A DNA stretch of 63,709 nucleotides, counting the filler, from Reclinomonas americana ATCC 50394 (taxonomy: Eukaryota): assembly GCA_048213135.1 (NCBI GenBank). It is 11 parts of 8 records of this genome, joined end to end, with 100 filler letters (N's around TTAATTAATTAA, not from the genome) between each part and the next. Parts side by side here need not be neighbours in the genome. Positions count along the whole stretch, not along the records: positions 35,004 to 45,789 come from PS015724.1; positions 45,890 to 49,045 come from PS015724.1; positions 49,146 to 55,376 come from PS015725.1; 8 more parts are not named here. The stretch is one strand, 5' to 3'. Numbering within the stretch: position 1 is the stretch's first letter; each line of letters opens with the position of its first letter. The notes beneath the pieces were generated by a model. It had not been told where the DNA came from. It did not search any database and worked only from the letters and a program-made list of their open reading frames with translations. Positions 37,696 to 49,354 of this stretch are shown in pieces. The translations under genes and the position numbers were made by a program.

Positions 37696-40600
37696 GAAGC
37701 AAGAGAAGACAGTGACCTGTGTGGCTGCACTGAGAGAGACTATGATGCCCGCTCTCACTCTTTCTTGTTCCTCGCTCACCACGTCTTCCGCTTCCTTGTC
37801 CCTTTCAGCGTTCCTCTGCATCCCCTTCTTTCCCTTTCTCGCCACCCTAACATGCCTGCTTTGCAGACTACCACTCTCTGGCGGTCACCGGTACGACACC
37901 AGTAGCCCTCGTTCTCGCACCTCATATCGACCTCTCATCAGCACGCTCTCTCTTTCCGTCTCCCTGTCTTTCTTGTTCCGCACAGAGTCCGGCGACGTGT
38001 GGGGTTGGGGCAGCAACGCCAACGGTCAGCTCGGTAGGCCAGTGGAGGTCTCGATCGTCCTCACTCCGCAGCTGATTGGCCCCTTTCCTGAACCGATCGC
38101 CTCGGCCAAGTGTGGTGGCCTGTTTTCCATATTCCGAGGAAGTTCGTCCCTCTCTCTCCCTCTCTTCTCTCTCTCTCTCTCTCTCTGTGACTGAAGAGAG
38201 CCTATGTTTCTGCAGACAGCGGCATTTTGTACTATTGCGGCACGCTGTTTGCGAATTCTGGCGTGGTAGTGAGACCGGTGGCGATCCCGCAGTTGGAGAA
38301 GACCACCATGGTCAAGTACTCGTGTGGTGCCGCCAGCGCAGTGGCTGTTGGCGGTTTGTGTGTGTGAGAGAGCGCATGTATGTGTGTGCGTGTATTTGTT
38401 GCCTNNNNNNNNNNNNNNNNNNNNNNNNNNNNNNNNNNNNNNNNNNNNNNNNNNNNNNNNNNNNNNNNNNNNNNNNNNNNNNNNNNNNNNNNNNNNNNNN
38501 NNNNNNNNNNNNNNNNNNNNNNNNNNNNNNNNNNNNNNNNNNNNNNNNNNNNNNNNNNNNNNNNNNNNNNNNNNNNNNNNNNNNNNNNNNNNNNNNNNNN
38601 NNNNNNNNNNNNNNNNNNNNNNNNNNNNNNNNNNNNNNNNNNNNNNNNNNNNNNNNNNNNNNNNNNNNNNNNNNNNNNNNNNNNNNNNNNNNNNNNNNNN
38701 NNNNNNNNNNNNNNNNNNNNNNNNNNNNNNNNNNNNNNNNNNNNNNNNNNNNNNNNNNNNNNNNNNNNNNNNNNNNNNNNNNNNNNNNNNNNNNNNNNNN
38801 NNNNNNNNNNNNNNNNNNNNATTTTGATGTGTCGTTGCAGCGGACGACGGCCTGTTGTATTCATTCGGCGATGGATTCCTGGGCGACGGCAGTCCTCTTG
38901 GCGGCTCCACCCACCCATTAGTCGTGCTACACGACCTCGAATCGTTTGCAGTGACGGATGTGGCCTGCGGCTGGCAGCATACGGCCGTGTTGGGTGTGTG
39001 CCCTTTTTCTCCCTCATCTACTTCCCGTCCAGCCGTTCACTCACTTGCACCGTCTGCATCGTCGGCGTTCACTCTCACAGGCTCATGGGTCGCTGACGTA
39101 GCCTCACGAGACAGTGCATCATTACGTGCATCGCAGCATTTCCTACGCAACACCCGAGGCGACACGCTGAGCATGTCGCGGTGAGCACTACCCTTCCCGG
39201 TCGATCGTTGCCGCCACACTTCCGAGCTCACTCCCTCGTTTCACGCGCAGCTCTTCATCATCCGCCCGCGCGCTGGCTACGGCAGCGAGCGACGGATCTG
39301 CCGCCGCCGCACGCTTCCGCGACCCAGTTGTGGCCAGCATCGAGAAGCGGACGTTTGTCAGCGATGTGTGGGGCCAGTTTCACGAGTTGCACGACGTCCT
39401 CTCCAACTACGCCAAGGCTCTGATTCAACAGGAGCGCGACCATCCGGACCGAGTGGCGGCGCTGCTCCGCATTGCGCAACTCGAAAAATCAATGTTGGAA
39501 GGTCAGCTATTGATATGGCACTGAGATCACTCTCCCTTTTTTTCACGCTCATCTGTGCACGGCAGGCCATGCACTCACCGACGATGAGCTGGTGGAAATC
39601 AATCGTCTGCGCTCCATGGTCAATCTGTCGAGTTCGGCCTCGCTGCTGAACAACACTCTGCGCTTTAATCGCCCGCCACCACAGCAGCAGCAGGCGCGGC
39701 GTGCTTCAATATCGATGACCGACGCGGCCTTGGCGCCGGCACCCATCTCGAGCGAGAGCCCACGTGATGTGCCGATGGCAGCGCGTCCCGCCATGCGACT
39801 GTCCATGTTGTCAAGTTGCGTATCTCAAATCTTGTGTTCGCAAATCAGTCAGTGCTCACTGCATCTCCTGCATGCAGATGGCCACCCACCGTCCATGGAG
39901 GACGAAGTTGAGCAGTCGTTGCAGCGTTTCGTCGTTGGTCTGTCGCCACCCAGTTTGTTCACAAACATACTTACTTGTCGCGGGCGGCAGGCATGCATGA
40001 TCTCACTCTCGAGCTCAGCGACATTCAGAACTCCATCCCAGCACCGCCGCCGTTGATGCTCAGCGGCAAGGTGTGTTGTCATGTCGATTGTGGGCTTGCG
40101 CTGTAAGACTTTGCTCACTGTTGCTCGAAGGCCATGAGAGGAGCATCCGGGAGCCTGCTGCCGAATTCGTGGCAGGTGCGTGTGTTCCACATCCCGACTA
40201 AAGTGGAGTCAACTGTCGCTGAAAAATCTCGTCTTGCTCTGCCACAGGCCGCTGTTCAAGACCTCACGCGAGCATTCTCCGGTCTTGTCAAGAGCTGCAG
40301 CGGTGTGGGCGAGTTCCGCGACCGTGCTGGAGATCGTCTGGTGCTGTGGACCTCACTCAACGCACACGACGTGGAGACTGAAGTCGAGGCCATTGGAGTG
40401 CTGGTCAATGTGGCCAGTGCGTGTGAGCTCATGCGCATCGTTGTCGACCGTCTCTGTTGCGTACTCTTTTTCAGGGCCACGGTAGTTGCATCTTGATATG
40501 TTCGTGTATACGTGATGTCGTTCTCTGGCTCTTTCATGGGTTCGACTCGCCCTATTGTTTTCTGTTCCCTCCCCCATGCCTCTCGTCTCACACACACGTC

Positions 40601-43600
40601 TCCCCTGTAGGCCACACCACAAGCATCCAGTTTGATCAAGTTGCCGACCTGCAGAGTGCGTTGGACGCACAACGCCAGGCGTACCGCGTGGCGACTGAGA
40701 ATGCTGCACAGCTGGCACGTGATTTCTTCGCACTCGCTTGCATTCATGTACTTCTTGTCGTCTGATCGTGGCGTCCTTCTCGCCGCCGCGCAGAGTCAGC
40801 AAACCGCCTCACTACAAATGCTGCTCAGTGAGGCCAAGCGACACAACGCGGCGCTCGACCAGCGATTAAGCGAACTGGAGGAACGCAACATGCGGCTGCG
40901 TGATGCGGAAGATGAGCGCGCTGTCATGGAGGAGCGACTGCGTCTGGTGGAATCGCAGCTGCAGCGCGAATTCACCGACCGGGCGCGCGCAGAGGAGCAA
41001 GTGACGGAGCTCCACGAGACTTTGTCGTCGTATGAGAGGTTACTTCGAGGAGAAATAATGGCGGCTGTTTGCAGTTGGTTCTAACGTATGTGTGTCTGCT
41101 CGGCAGACAAATCGAGTCGCTGGAGGGTCGCCTGGAGACTCTGCTACAGGAGCGCAGCACGTTTGACACGCGCGATGCGAGTCAGCAGTCTGAGCTGCGG
41201 CGACTGGGTCAGGAGTGCGATCGCTTGTACCAAGAGCGTTACGTCATACGCAGCCGCTGTCGCTCCGTCTTCTCCCCTCTCCCGCCTTCCTCTCACTCCA
41301 CCGCACAGTTGTGGATCTACGTGAGGAGCATGCTGGAGAGCATGAGGTGTGGACGCGGTACACTCGACGTAGCATTGAGACGTCGCTGGAGCTCGGCTTG
41401 CAGTGCGAAGATCTTCGTGCACAGCAGTACGAGCTGGAGCAGCAATTCGACCGCGCCCATGCCGAGTGGTCCCACAGCCATGTGCAGCTCGCGCGGCAGC
41501 TTGAGCAGCGCGAGGCGGCGCTGGCCGATGTCGATGGTGGTCGTCGTCAGATGGCCGACATGTTGTCGGAGGTCAGCCGCACACTCGAGCAGCGCGAGCA
41601 TCGCCGAGCGGAAAGCGAGCGAATGTTGGAGGAATGTCGGCGCGAACGTGACGAGCTGCGTCTTGAGCTGGAGACCACGAGGTTTGGGTAGATTGTTGTG
41701 CGGAATGAGGATGTATCGTCGATTCATTCGTGTATGTGTGCAAACAATAGCGCGCAAGCACAACTGAAGCACTCGGAGCTGGTGGTCATTGCTGCGCAAC
41801 TGGAGGAACTTCGTGACAGGCAGTCGGTGCAGGCGGCCACGAAAGAGCTGACGTCGGTTGTGGGAAGGGTGCGCGTCACACGCACGTATACACTGCTGAG
41901 CCGACTGTTTCTGTCATTAGCTGATCGTGGAGAGAGCCGCACAGGAAGTCGATGCTCTGCACCGACGCACCACTACGATACTCGAATCATGTGTCGACTT
42001 GCTGCATGTTGATATCGATGGTGTGATGCATGACCCGTGTTGAGTGGTTGCCTGTTGGTGATCTCACCACTCGCATGCACTGCAGAGATTGCGCACATGT
42101 CTCTCGACCAGCATCTGGAGCACATGAGTCGCATCATACAGGGAGCCACCTCACTGCAGAACAGTCGTGCGCAGCTGCAATCGCAACTCGGTATAGTGCA
42201 GGCTGTTGTCTCCATTGCTTGCTGGCGCCTTATGCAGACTGCACGCAGAGGAACTCACCAGCCAGTTGCAACACGCCGACTCGGAACGCCAGCGCCTGAC
42301 AGCAAACACCGAGAATCTGCATGTCTCGATCCAGCAGCTGGGAGCGACGGTTGAAAACTGTTATGTGCTCTCGTGCTGTCTTCATTCCTCACGCACTTCC
42401 ACGCTCTCGCACGCACTTATTTGGCGCATAACAGTGACTCTGCAAGTCAACAACAAGGACGACGAACTGTCCAGGATTCGAGCCGATCTGGAGGCTGCAC
42501 AGGGCGAGATCGATTATCTGCGAAGTGAGCAGCACGCTCGTGCCGCGGTCGCCTCCCCACATTCCACCTCGTCGCGCCACCCGTCGTTGTCCGACAGTGC
42601 TCTCTCGGATACACACGAGCTGCGAGTGCAGCTGGAAAGCGAGCAACTGAGAGCAGATCGCTTGGCGCGCCGCGTGGATCACTTGACCTTGCTGCTGGAC
42701 GAGAAGCACGACGGCCATGACGGGAGTGATCGGCGAGCCGTCGACTCCGAGTCGCAGGTCCGCCAACTGTGGCAACAACTGGACGCACTCAGTGAGCGCA
42801 ATCGCCAGCTGCAGCGCGAGCTGGACTTGCGTCCGTTGACCACGAACCGACCCGCTGCACGAGAGGTGTGTGGAGGCAAGCAGCTCGGTCGTGGAGAGCT
42901 GTGATCGGTTGCTGATTGTTTTGTCACTCGTAGGAGGGGCACGGTGCAGCGTCAGGTGACTTGGAGGCACTGGAGCGGCGAGTGGCCGAATTGCTGCGCG
43001 ATCACAGCATGTTTGGACGCGAGCGTGCCGCATTGGAGGTGCAGCTGGCAAATGAGCGCGCACAGTGTGAGAAGATGGGGGACCACATGCGTGGGCTTAA
43101 TGCGCGAATCGAGAAACTCACGCACGAGCTGGAGGTCTGCATGGTGCCCGCCAGTGTGCTGATGTGACGCAATAGACTGAGCGCCTCTCTCGTGTCAGGT
43201 GGAACGAGAACAATCGACAGTCATGCAGCGCCGTGCGCAGCACGCCGACGACGGCAGACAGGCGGTGCAAGAGGAGCGCAGTCGAGCCGATCGGCTGGCG
43301 CGTGAAGCCGATCGACTTACTGCACAGGTCGAAGCGCTGAGGGTGCAACTCGACGACTGCCGCCGCGATCTGGCACAGGCGGAGGAGCGCGAGACGCAAG
43401 CACGACGAGCGCATGAGGAGGAAAAGGCTCGAAACGAGCGAGCACGTGAGCAGCTGCAGATGCACGTGCAAAAGGTGGCCACTCTGGAGCACATGGAGGA
43501 GGTGAGACAGCAAAACTCGTCGCCAGAATCCGTTGTAGGCGAGTGCTCAACGAAAGTGTGGTTGCACAGTCGGCAGCGCGCTCCGAGCGACGGCTGCGCG

Positions 43601-45115
43601 AGGTGCAGACGCAGTTGGATGAGACTGTGGCGGTGAATCGGAAGCTGCAGACCGTGCAGTCACAGCTGGAACGCGAGGTCGAAAGTGGTCGACATCGTGC
43701 CGACTCGCTGCAGGATGAGCTCGGACGAGTGACGTCGCTGCTTGAGCAGCAGGTCGTGGTGCAGGAGGTGTGTACGTGCCTGTTGCGTTTGTGTTGCGCG
43801 TTTGCACTCACTCGTGGTGAAAGGCGGAGCAACGTCGGCTGTTGGAGCGCCTGGACAAGGTCACTCGGGAGGTGACGAGCGTGAACCAGGAACTGGACGG
43901 AGTGCGCGACGAGAATCGCAGGGTTTGTGCAAGTTGTCGTCGCCTCCATAATGCAGACCCACTCTCATGTCTCCGTTTCGCGACAGCTATCGCTCCACGC
44001 GGCCGAGTTGGAGGCGGTGCTCCAAGAAACCCAAAGGCGCGCCAAGGAGGCCGCTGAAGTGGCGTTGCGCGAATCGCGTCGAAACGACCAGTCAAGGTTG
44101 GCCTCACGCCTGTTGTTGTGATTTTGGGCGTGTCGCGTTCCCACAGTTGTGTGTGCGTATGTGCAGTGTCATTCAGCGCCTCCGCGACGACCTGCGAGTC
44201 TCTCAAGACGCGCGCCGGGAGACTGCGGCTGTGGCGCACGCGCTGCACTCGTTTGTGTGTGCTGTGGATGAGGCGTGCGACGAGTCGAACCCGTCGTTGA
44301 GTGGTCGCACGCGAATGTTGGAGTCGCGTGATCCTTTTGTCGACAGCGAAGGACGGCAGCTGCCCGATCGGTCGGCCTTGTTGCGTGTGTTCTCGCGAGT
44401 GCGCGTACAAGTACTGAAGTGGGGTGCGTCTGCTTTCCGTGCATCGCTGGCTATTTGGCTGCGCCACTCATCCTTCCATTACTTGCAGCGATGCTCTCGC
44501 CGGTGGCTGGTGCGACGTCTCGTGCCTTTCATCCTGCATGTTCGTCACAGCTCTCACTGGTGTGTACACAGGCTCGCCACAGGGACCTGTGCAGGAGAGA
44601 ATACGAGCCAGCGAAGAGGCAGTGGTGAGTCGTCGGCGTGGCTGTGGCCGGTGCGAGTGCACGTGTGTAATTATGTCAGTGTGCAGGCACAACGTGAGCG
44701 CGAACTCGGTCTCCTGCGGCGCGAGCTGAAGGACCTGTGTCACATTTTCTTGCTGGTGATGCCACTGTTGCAAAAGAGTGCCATGTTTGCCGACGCTGCG
44801 GGCCAGCAAACCCTGCAAGATATTGGTCGACGCTTTGCCGAGCTGTCGCCCACCAGTGCGCCGCTCACCGTCGCCATGTCGTCGCCAACATCCACCGTCA
44901 CGACTGATCTCATACGACGCGCGTCGTCGCTGGCCGGATCGTCGGCAGGATCGGGTACACCACTACCACCACGTGCTCCCTCCTCGTCCTCGCGAGCCTA
45001 TTCCAGGTCGCCAACGCGACCGCCAGTGCGCTTGTCTTCAACGGCGATCAACGCCGCCACGCCGTCATCGCGATCGTCGAGAAGTGAGTCCACCACCATT
45101 TTACGGCCCGAATGA
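36115..45115 (+). CDS. RCC1-repeat protein with a long C-terminal coiled coil; start uncertain
   Basis: VSCGREHTVLL, VAAGAHHSLALTTTGRVYSWGKGNFGALG, VWGWGSNANGQLG, VACGWQHTAVL; heptad exons from about 40600 to 44800; S/T/P-rich tail; stop at 45115. Confidence 0.85.
37621..37692. repeat. (GA)n microsatellite at a gap edge (similar CA/GA/GTC tracts at about 4253-4290, 20736-20790, 57867-58080, 62250-62386)
   Basis: Direct observation. Confidence 0.95.
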
Positions 45116-45148
45116 AAACGAATTCGAGGTGCGACACTCTGCTTTTGT

Positions 45149-45789
45149 CGTCGTCACAGTCGCTTCAGTGGTGGCAGTGACAGCACTCAAAGCATGCAGA
45201 GGGTTGTGCAAGCTTCAGCTGATCGAATGATGGCATATATACAGGCGTGCAACCAATCGAGCACTCTCGCTCGATGCTCTGCCCTTGTGTGGCAGTACGT
45301 GGCAGTGACAGCGCACAAAGCATGCAGAGGGTTGTGCATGCGCAAGCCGCAGCCGGTCATCCGCGAAGGAGGTCGGGAGAATGATGGCACACAGGCGCCG
45401 GTGCAGCCAGCACCCTCGACACTCGACACTCGCTGCATTTGTTTTCGCAGTTGAGGCCACATCCATAATAGGGGCTCACCAAATTCAGCAAGTTTGATTA
45501 CGTCGACGCGATCGGAAAAATTGATCAAGATCGCGGCTCCAAGGTGCGATTCGCGACTGCTGACGACGGGAGAGGTGGCGCACAGACAGAAAGAAGAGAG
45601 AGACCTGTCTGCCTGCTTGCGATACGGCGAAAGCAGGACGCACAACCAATCGAGTACCTCTGAATGACGGTGATTGATTTCCCTCTTCAGGATCTTGTTC
45701 GTGAAGCTGTTTGGCAAAGAAATTCAAAGCAGGCAGCCGCGCGCAGCACTGCTGCGTCGCTTGGCGCAGGCGAGAGAAACCCCGCCACC
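45149..45789 (-). repeat. Dispersed repeat element, right copy
   Basis: Its reverse complement aligns by eye with 35020-35778, with substitutions and indels. Confidence 0.9.
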
Positions 45790-45889
45790 NNNNNNNNNNN
45801 NNNNNNNNNNNNNNNNNNNNNNNNNNNNNNNNNTTAATTAATTAANNNNNNNNNNNNNNNNNNNNNNNNNNNNNNNNNNNNNNNNNNNN

Positions 45890-46104
45890 CCTCCCGCATT
45901 CCTCCTCTTCCACGGCCGCTCACTGTCATCGTCGCCACGACCAGCAGCAGAGCGCGAGGAAGATGAAGAGTAGCGCCCTCCTTCATCATCATCATGGTAA
46001 TGCGAGTGGCGATGATGATGATCATCATAGTCGTCGCGGTCGCGTCGCCCACCAGTCGACGACCGGCGGTCGTGCGAGTCGTACGAGGGAGACCCGCGGC
46101 GCAT
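45890..46104 (-). CDS. Probable N-terminal R/D/H-rich exon of the RBM5/10-like gene (inverted segment)
   Basis: MRRGSPSYDSHDRRSSTGGRRDRDDYDDHHH... resembles RBM5/10 N-termini in composition. Confidence 0.55.
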
Positions 46105-46934
46105 GAAAACACAACCAAACACAAACGAGAAGGACACCCGACGTGTGTCCTTGCGGTGTGCGCCTTTGTTCTCTTGATGGAGTCGTGGATTTGGCTTGCG
46201 CTGCTTGCGCTTTTTCTGCTGATGAAAGTCGCCAAGTCGTGCTTGTGGAGCTCGGTGCAAGTGGGACCGCGGGGTGGACGGTATCGCGTGCAGTGGCTGA
46301 CGGGGCAGAAGCGCTATGAGAGGAACGAGGCTGCTTGTGTCATCATATGAAGCATTTGTGCCCTTCTCGCTCTCACCACCATCAGCTTCAAAACTTGGCA
46401 CTCTTGCATGTTTCATTTCACGATCACATCATCAAGAATGCATGCCATGCATGCTTGTGCCGNNNNNNNNNNNNNNNNNNNNTGGAAGGTGCGTGTGGGA
46501 GAGTGAGTGAGGTGCGATTCGTGTCTCTTCCTTCTTGCACTCTCTCCTCACTCTCTCCTCACTCTCTCTCTCTCTCTCTTTCTCTCTCCTTGCGTATGTG
46601 TGAGAGAGGTGCTCATTCGTGTCTCATTCGCTCGCATTCTCACACTTTGAGCTCAGTGTTTGCTTCTTCCACTCTCACTCTCTCTCTCACACACACACAC
46701 ACTCTCTCACTCACCCTCCGTGCGTGTTTGTGAGATAGAGGTGCTCATTCGTGTCTTTCACACTCCATTCTCGCACTCAGAGCTCATTCCTCCTCCTCCT
46801 CCTCTCATTCTCACCCTCTCTCTCTCTCTCTCTGTCACTCTTTCCCTCTCTCACTCCCTTCTCGAGAAAGAATCACCTTGCACGTCTTGTTTCGCTCCGG
46901 TTCCAGTCTGACTGATTCCTTCTCACATGCACAG

Positions 46935-47580
46935 GTCACCTGAACACTATCGAGGTGGCGGTGGTGGCGGCGGTGGAGGTGGAGGTGGCCGCCCGTTCTT
47001 CTCCGAGCGCGAACCGCATCCAAGCGTGGCCATTACGGGAGTGGAGCAGTGGGTGTCGGAGGATCAAGTTGCGCGCACGAGAGCTCTCTCTTGTTTGTAA
47101 GCTTGCGTGAGTGCTGATTCGTTCTCGTGTTTCGTCGCAGCTCGGACAGGCGCTGGCGGCTGCAGGCTATCCGCCGGTGCGTGTGGTCATCAAGGCGGCG
47201 CGTGATCCAACGCGCTCTGCCGGTCTGTGTGTGGCCTTTGCCGAGTTTGACAGCATTGAGTCGTCGACGGCCGTGCTTGACTTTTTCCAGTTGCGTGTGC
47301 TCTCGTTTGCTTTGCTGCTCGGCAACAACCGGCTAACATCGTGACTCTTGCGTGCAGCGGCGTCCTCTACGTGCGTGACCCAAGTGGCGACTCGTGCCGA
47401 GGTTTGCAATGTTTGCGCTCGTGTCTCTCCTGTGCTGGCACTGATTTGTTTGACCTGTGCAGCTCGCCTCGACTACTACGAAGACCGAGGCAGTGGCGGT
47501 CCTGGCGGCCCCAGTCGGCCAAACAATGCCTCCGACGAGCTGCTGGTCCGTGGCCTCGCGCCATACGTGACCGACGAAAG
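46935..47580 (+). CDS. RBM5/RBM10-like RNA-binding protein, RRM1 and start of RRM2
   Basis: SVAITGVEQWVSEDQ...CVAFAEFDSIESS...ARLDY; ASDELLVRGLAPYVTDES. Confidence 0.75.
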
Positions 47581-48643
47581 TGTGAGCTCATACCACCCAT
47601 CTCCTCTCCATATTCCCCTTCCCCAATTCACCCCCCTTTCCCCTTTCTNNNNNNNNNNNNNNNNNNNNNNNNNNNNNNNNNNNNNNNNNNNNNNNNNNNN
47701 NNNNNNNNNNNNNNNNNNNNNNNNNNNNNNNNNNNNNNNNNNNNNNNNNNNNNNNNNNNNNNNNNNNNNNNNNNNNNNNNNNNNNNNNNNNNNNNNNNNN
47801 NNNNNNNNNNNNNNNNNNNNNNNNNNNNNNNNNNNNNNNNNNNNNNNNNNNNNNNNNNNNNNNNNNNNNNNNNNNNNNNNNNNNNNNNNNNNNNNNNNNN
47901 NNNNNNNNNNNNNNNNNNNNNNNNNNNNNNNNNNNNNNNNNNNNNNNNNNNNNNNNNNNNNNNNNNNNNNNNNNNNNNNNNNNNNNNNNNNNNNNNNNNN
48001 NNNNNNNNNNNNNNNNNNNNNNNNNNNNNNNNNNNNNNNNNNNNNNNNNNNNNNNNNNNNNNNNNNNNNNNNNNNNNNNNNNNNNNNNNNNNNNNNNNNN
48101 NNNNNNNNNNNNNNNNNNNNNNNNNNNNNNNNNNNNNNNNNNNNNNNNNNNNNNNNNNNNNNNNNNNNNNNNNNNNNNNNNNNNNNNNNNNNNNNNNNNN
48201 NNNNNNNNNNNNNNNNNNNNNNNNNNNNNNNNNNNNNNNNNNNNNNNNNNNNNNNNNNNNNNNNNNNNNNNNNNNNNNNNNNNNNNNNNNNNNNNNNNNN
48301 NNNNNNNNNNNNNNNNNNNNNNNNNNNNNNNNNNNNNNNNNNNNNNNNNNNNNNNNNNNNNNNNNNNNNNNNNNNNNNNNNNNNNNNNNNNNNNNNNNNN
48401 NNNNNNNNNNNNNNNNNNNNNNNNNNNNNNNNNNNNNNNNNNNNNNNNNNNNNNNNNNNNNNNNNNNNNNNNNNNNNNNNNNNNNNNNNNNNNNNNNNNN
48501 NNNNNNNNNNNNNNNNNNNNNNNNNNNNNNNNNNNNNNNNNNNNNNNNNNNNNNNNNNNNNNNNNNNNNNNNNNTCGAGACTTGTGTGTGGCGCACTCAG
48601 CACACGGAGCACACAAGAAACGAAACAACGCGCGCATTCGTAC

Positions 48644-49041
48644 CTGCTGATCGCTGCCGCCACCGCCATAGATGGATCCCCACGCGGCCACGGCGCTGGC
48701 GTAACCGCTCCAAGCGTCGTCACCAGCGCCGCCGCCGCCGGCGCGGTTGCCGCGTGAGAAACCCATGCTGACTTCTTGGCCGTCAATGAGCAGGCCACGG
48801 GACTGGCGGTACACACGCGTCGCCTCCTATTCAACAACACGCGTGCCATTCCGGCGTCGCAAAATTGTGAGCCGAACGAGAAACGGACGCAGTGTAAAAG
48901 TATGGGTCAAGCCGGAAGTTCGTGTCGTACGTCCACATCCCGGAACTGGACAAAGGCCGAGCCACGGCACTGGCGCGTCTCGCGATCACGCAGAATGTAG
49001 ATGTTGACGGGGGCGGCGAATGGCGCAAAGGCGGCCATGAT
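48644..49041 (-). CDS. RBM5/RBM10-like protein, remainder of RRM2 (inverted segment)
   Basis: IMAAFAPFAAPVNIYILRDRETRQCRGSAFVQFRDVD|EATRVYRQSRGLLIDGQEVSMGFS continues RRM2 directly. Confidence 0.75.
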
Positions 49042-49354
49042 CTGCNNNNNNNNNNNNNNNNNNNNNNNNNNNNNNNNNNNNNNNNNNNNTTAATTAATTA
49101 ANNNNNNNNNNNNNNNNNNNNNNNNNNNNNNNNNNNNNNNNNNNNGGTGGAGTACAACGCCGAGGAGAACATCAGGCACAGAGTGGCCACTCCCAGCAGA
49201 GTCACTGCATAAGTGAACAGCGCCGATGCGCGCTGCGCAAACGTGTGCATGGCGAAGGGAGTGAGAGGCGAAGGACAGCTGCTGCTGGACTTTGTACACT
49301 CTTTTTTCTCTCATGCGACGTTGCTTTTGTTTGTTTTTTTCTCCCTCCTCGTGC

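Noticed and set aside
39250..39640. RhoGEF (DH) domain in the RCC1 protein (DHPD...EIN)
   Set aside because: Only a weak motif resemblance; not enough without an HMM search.
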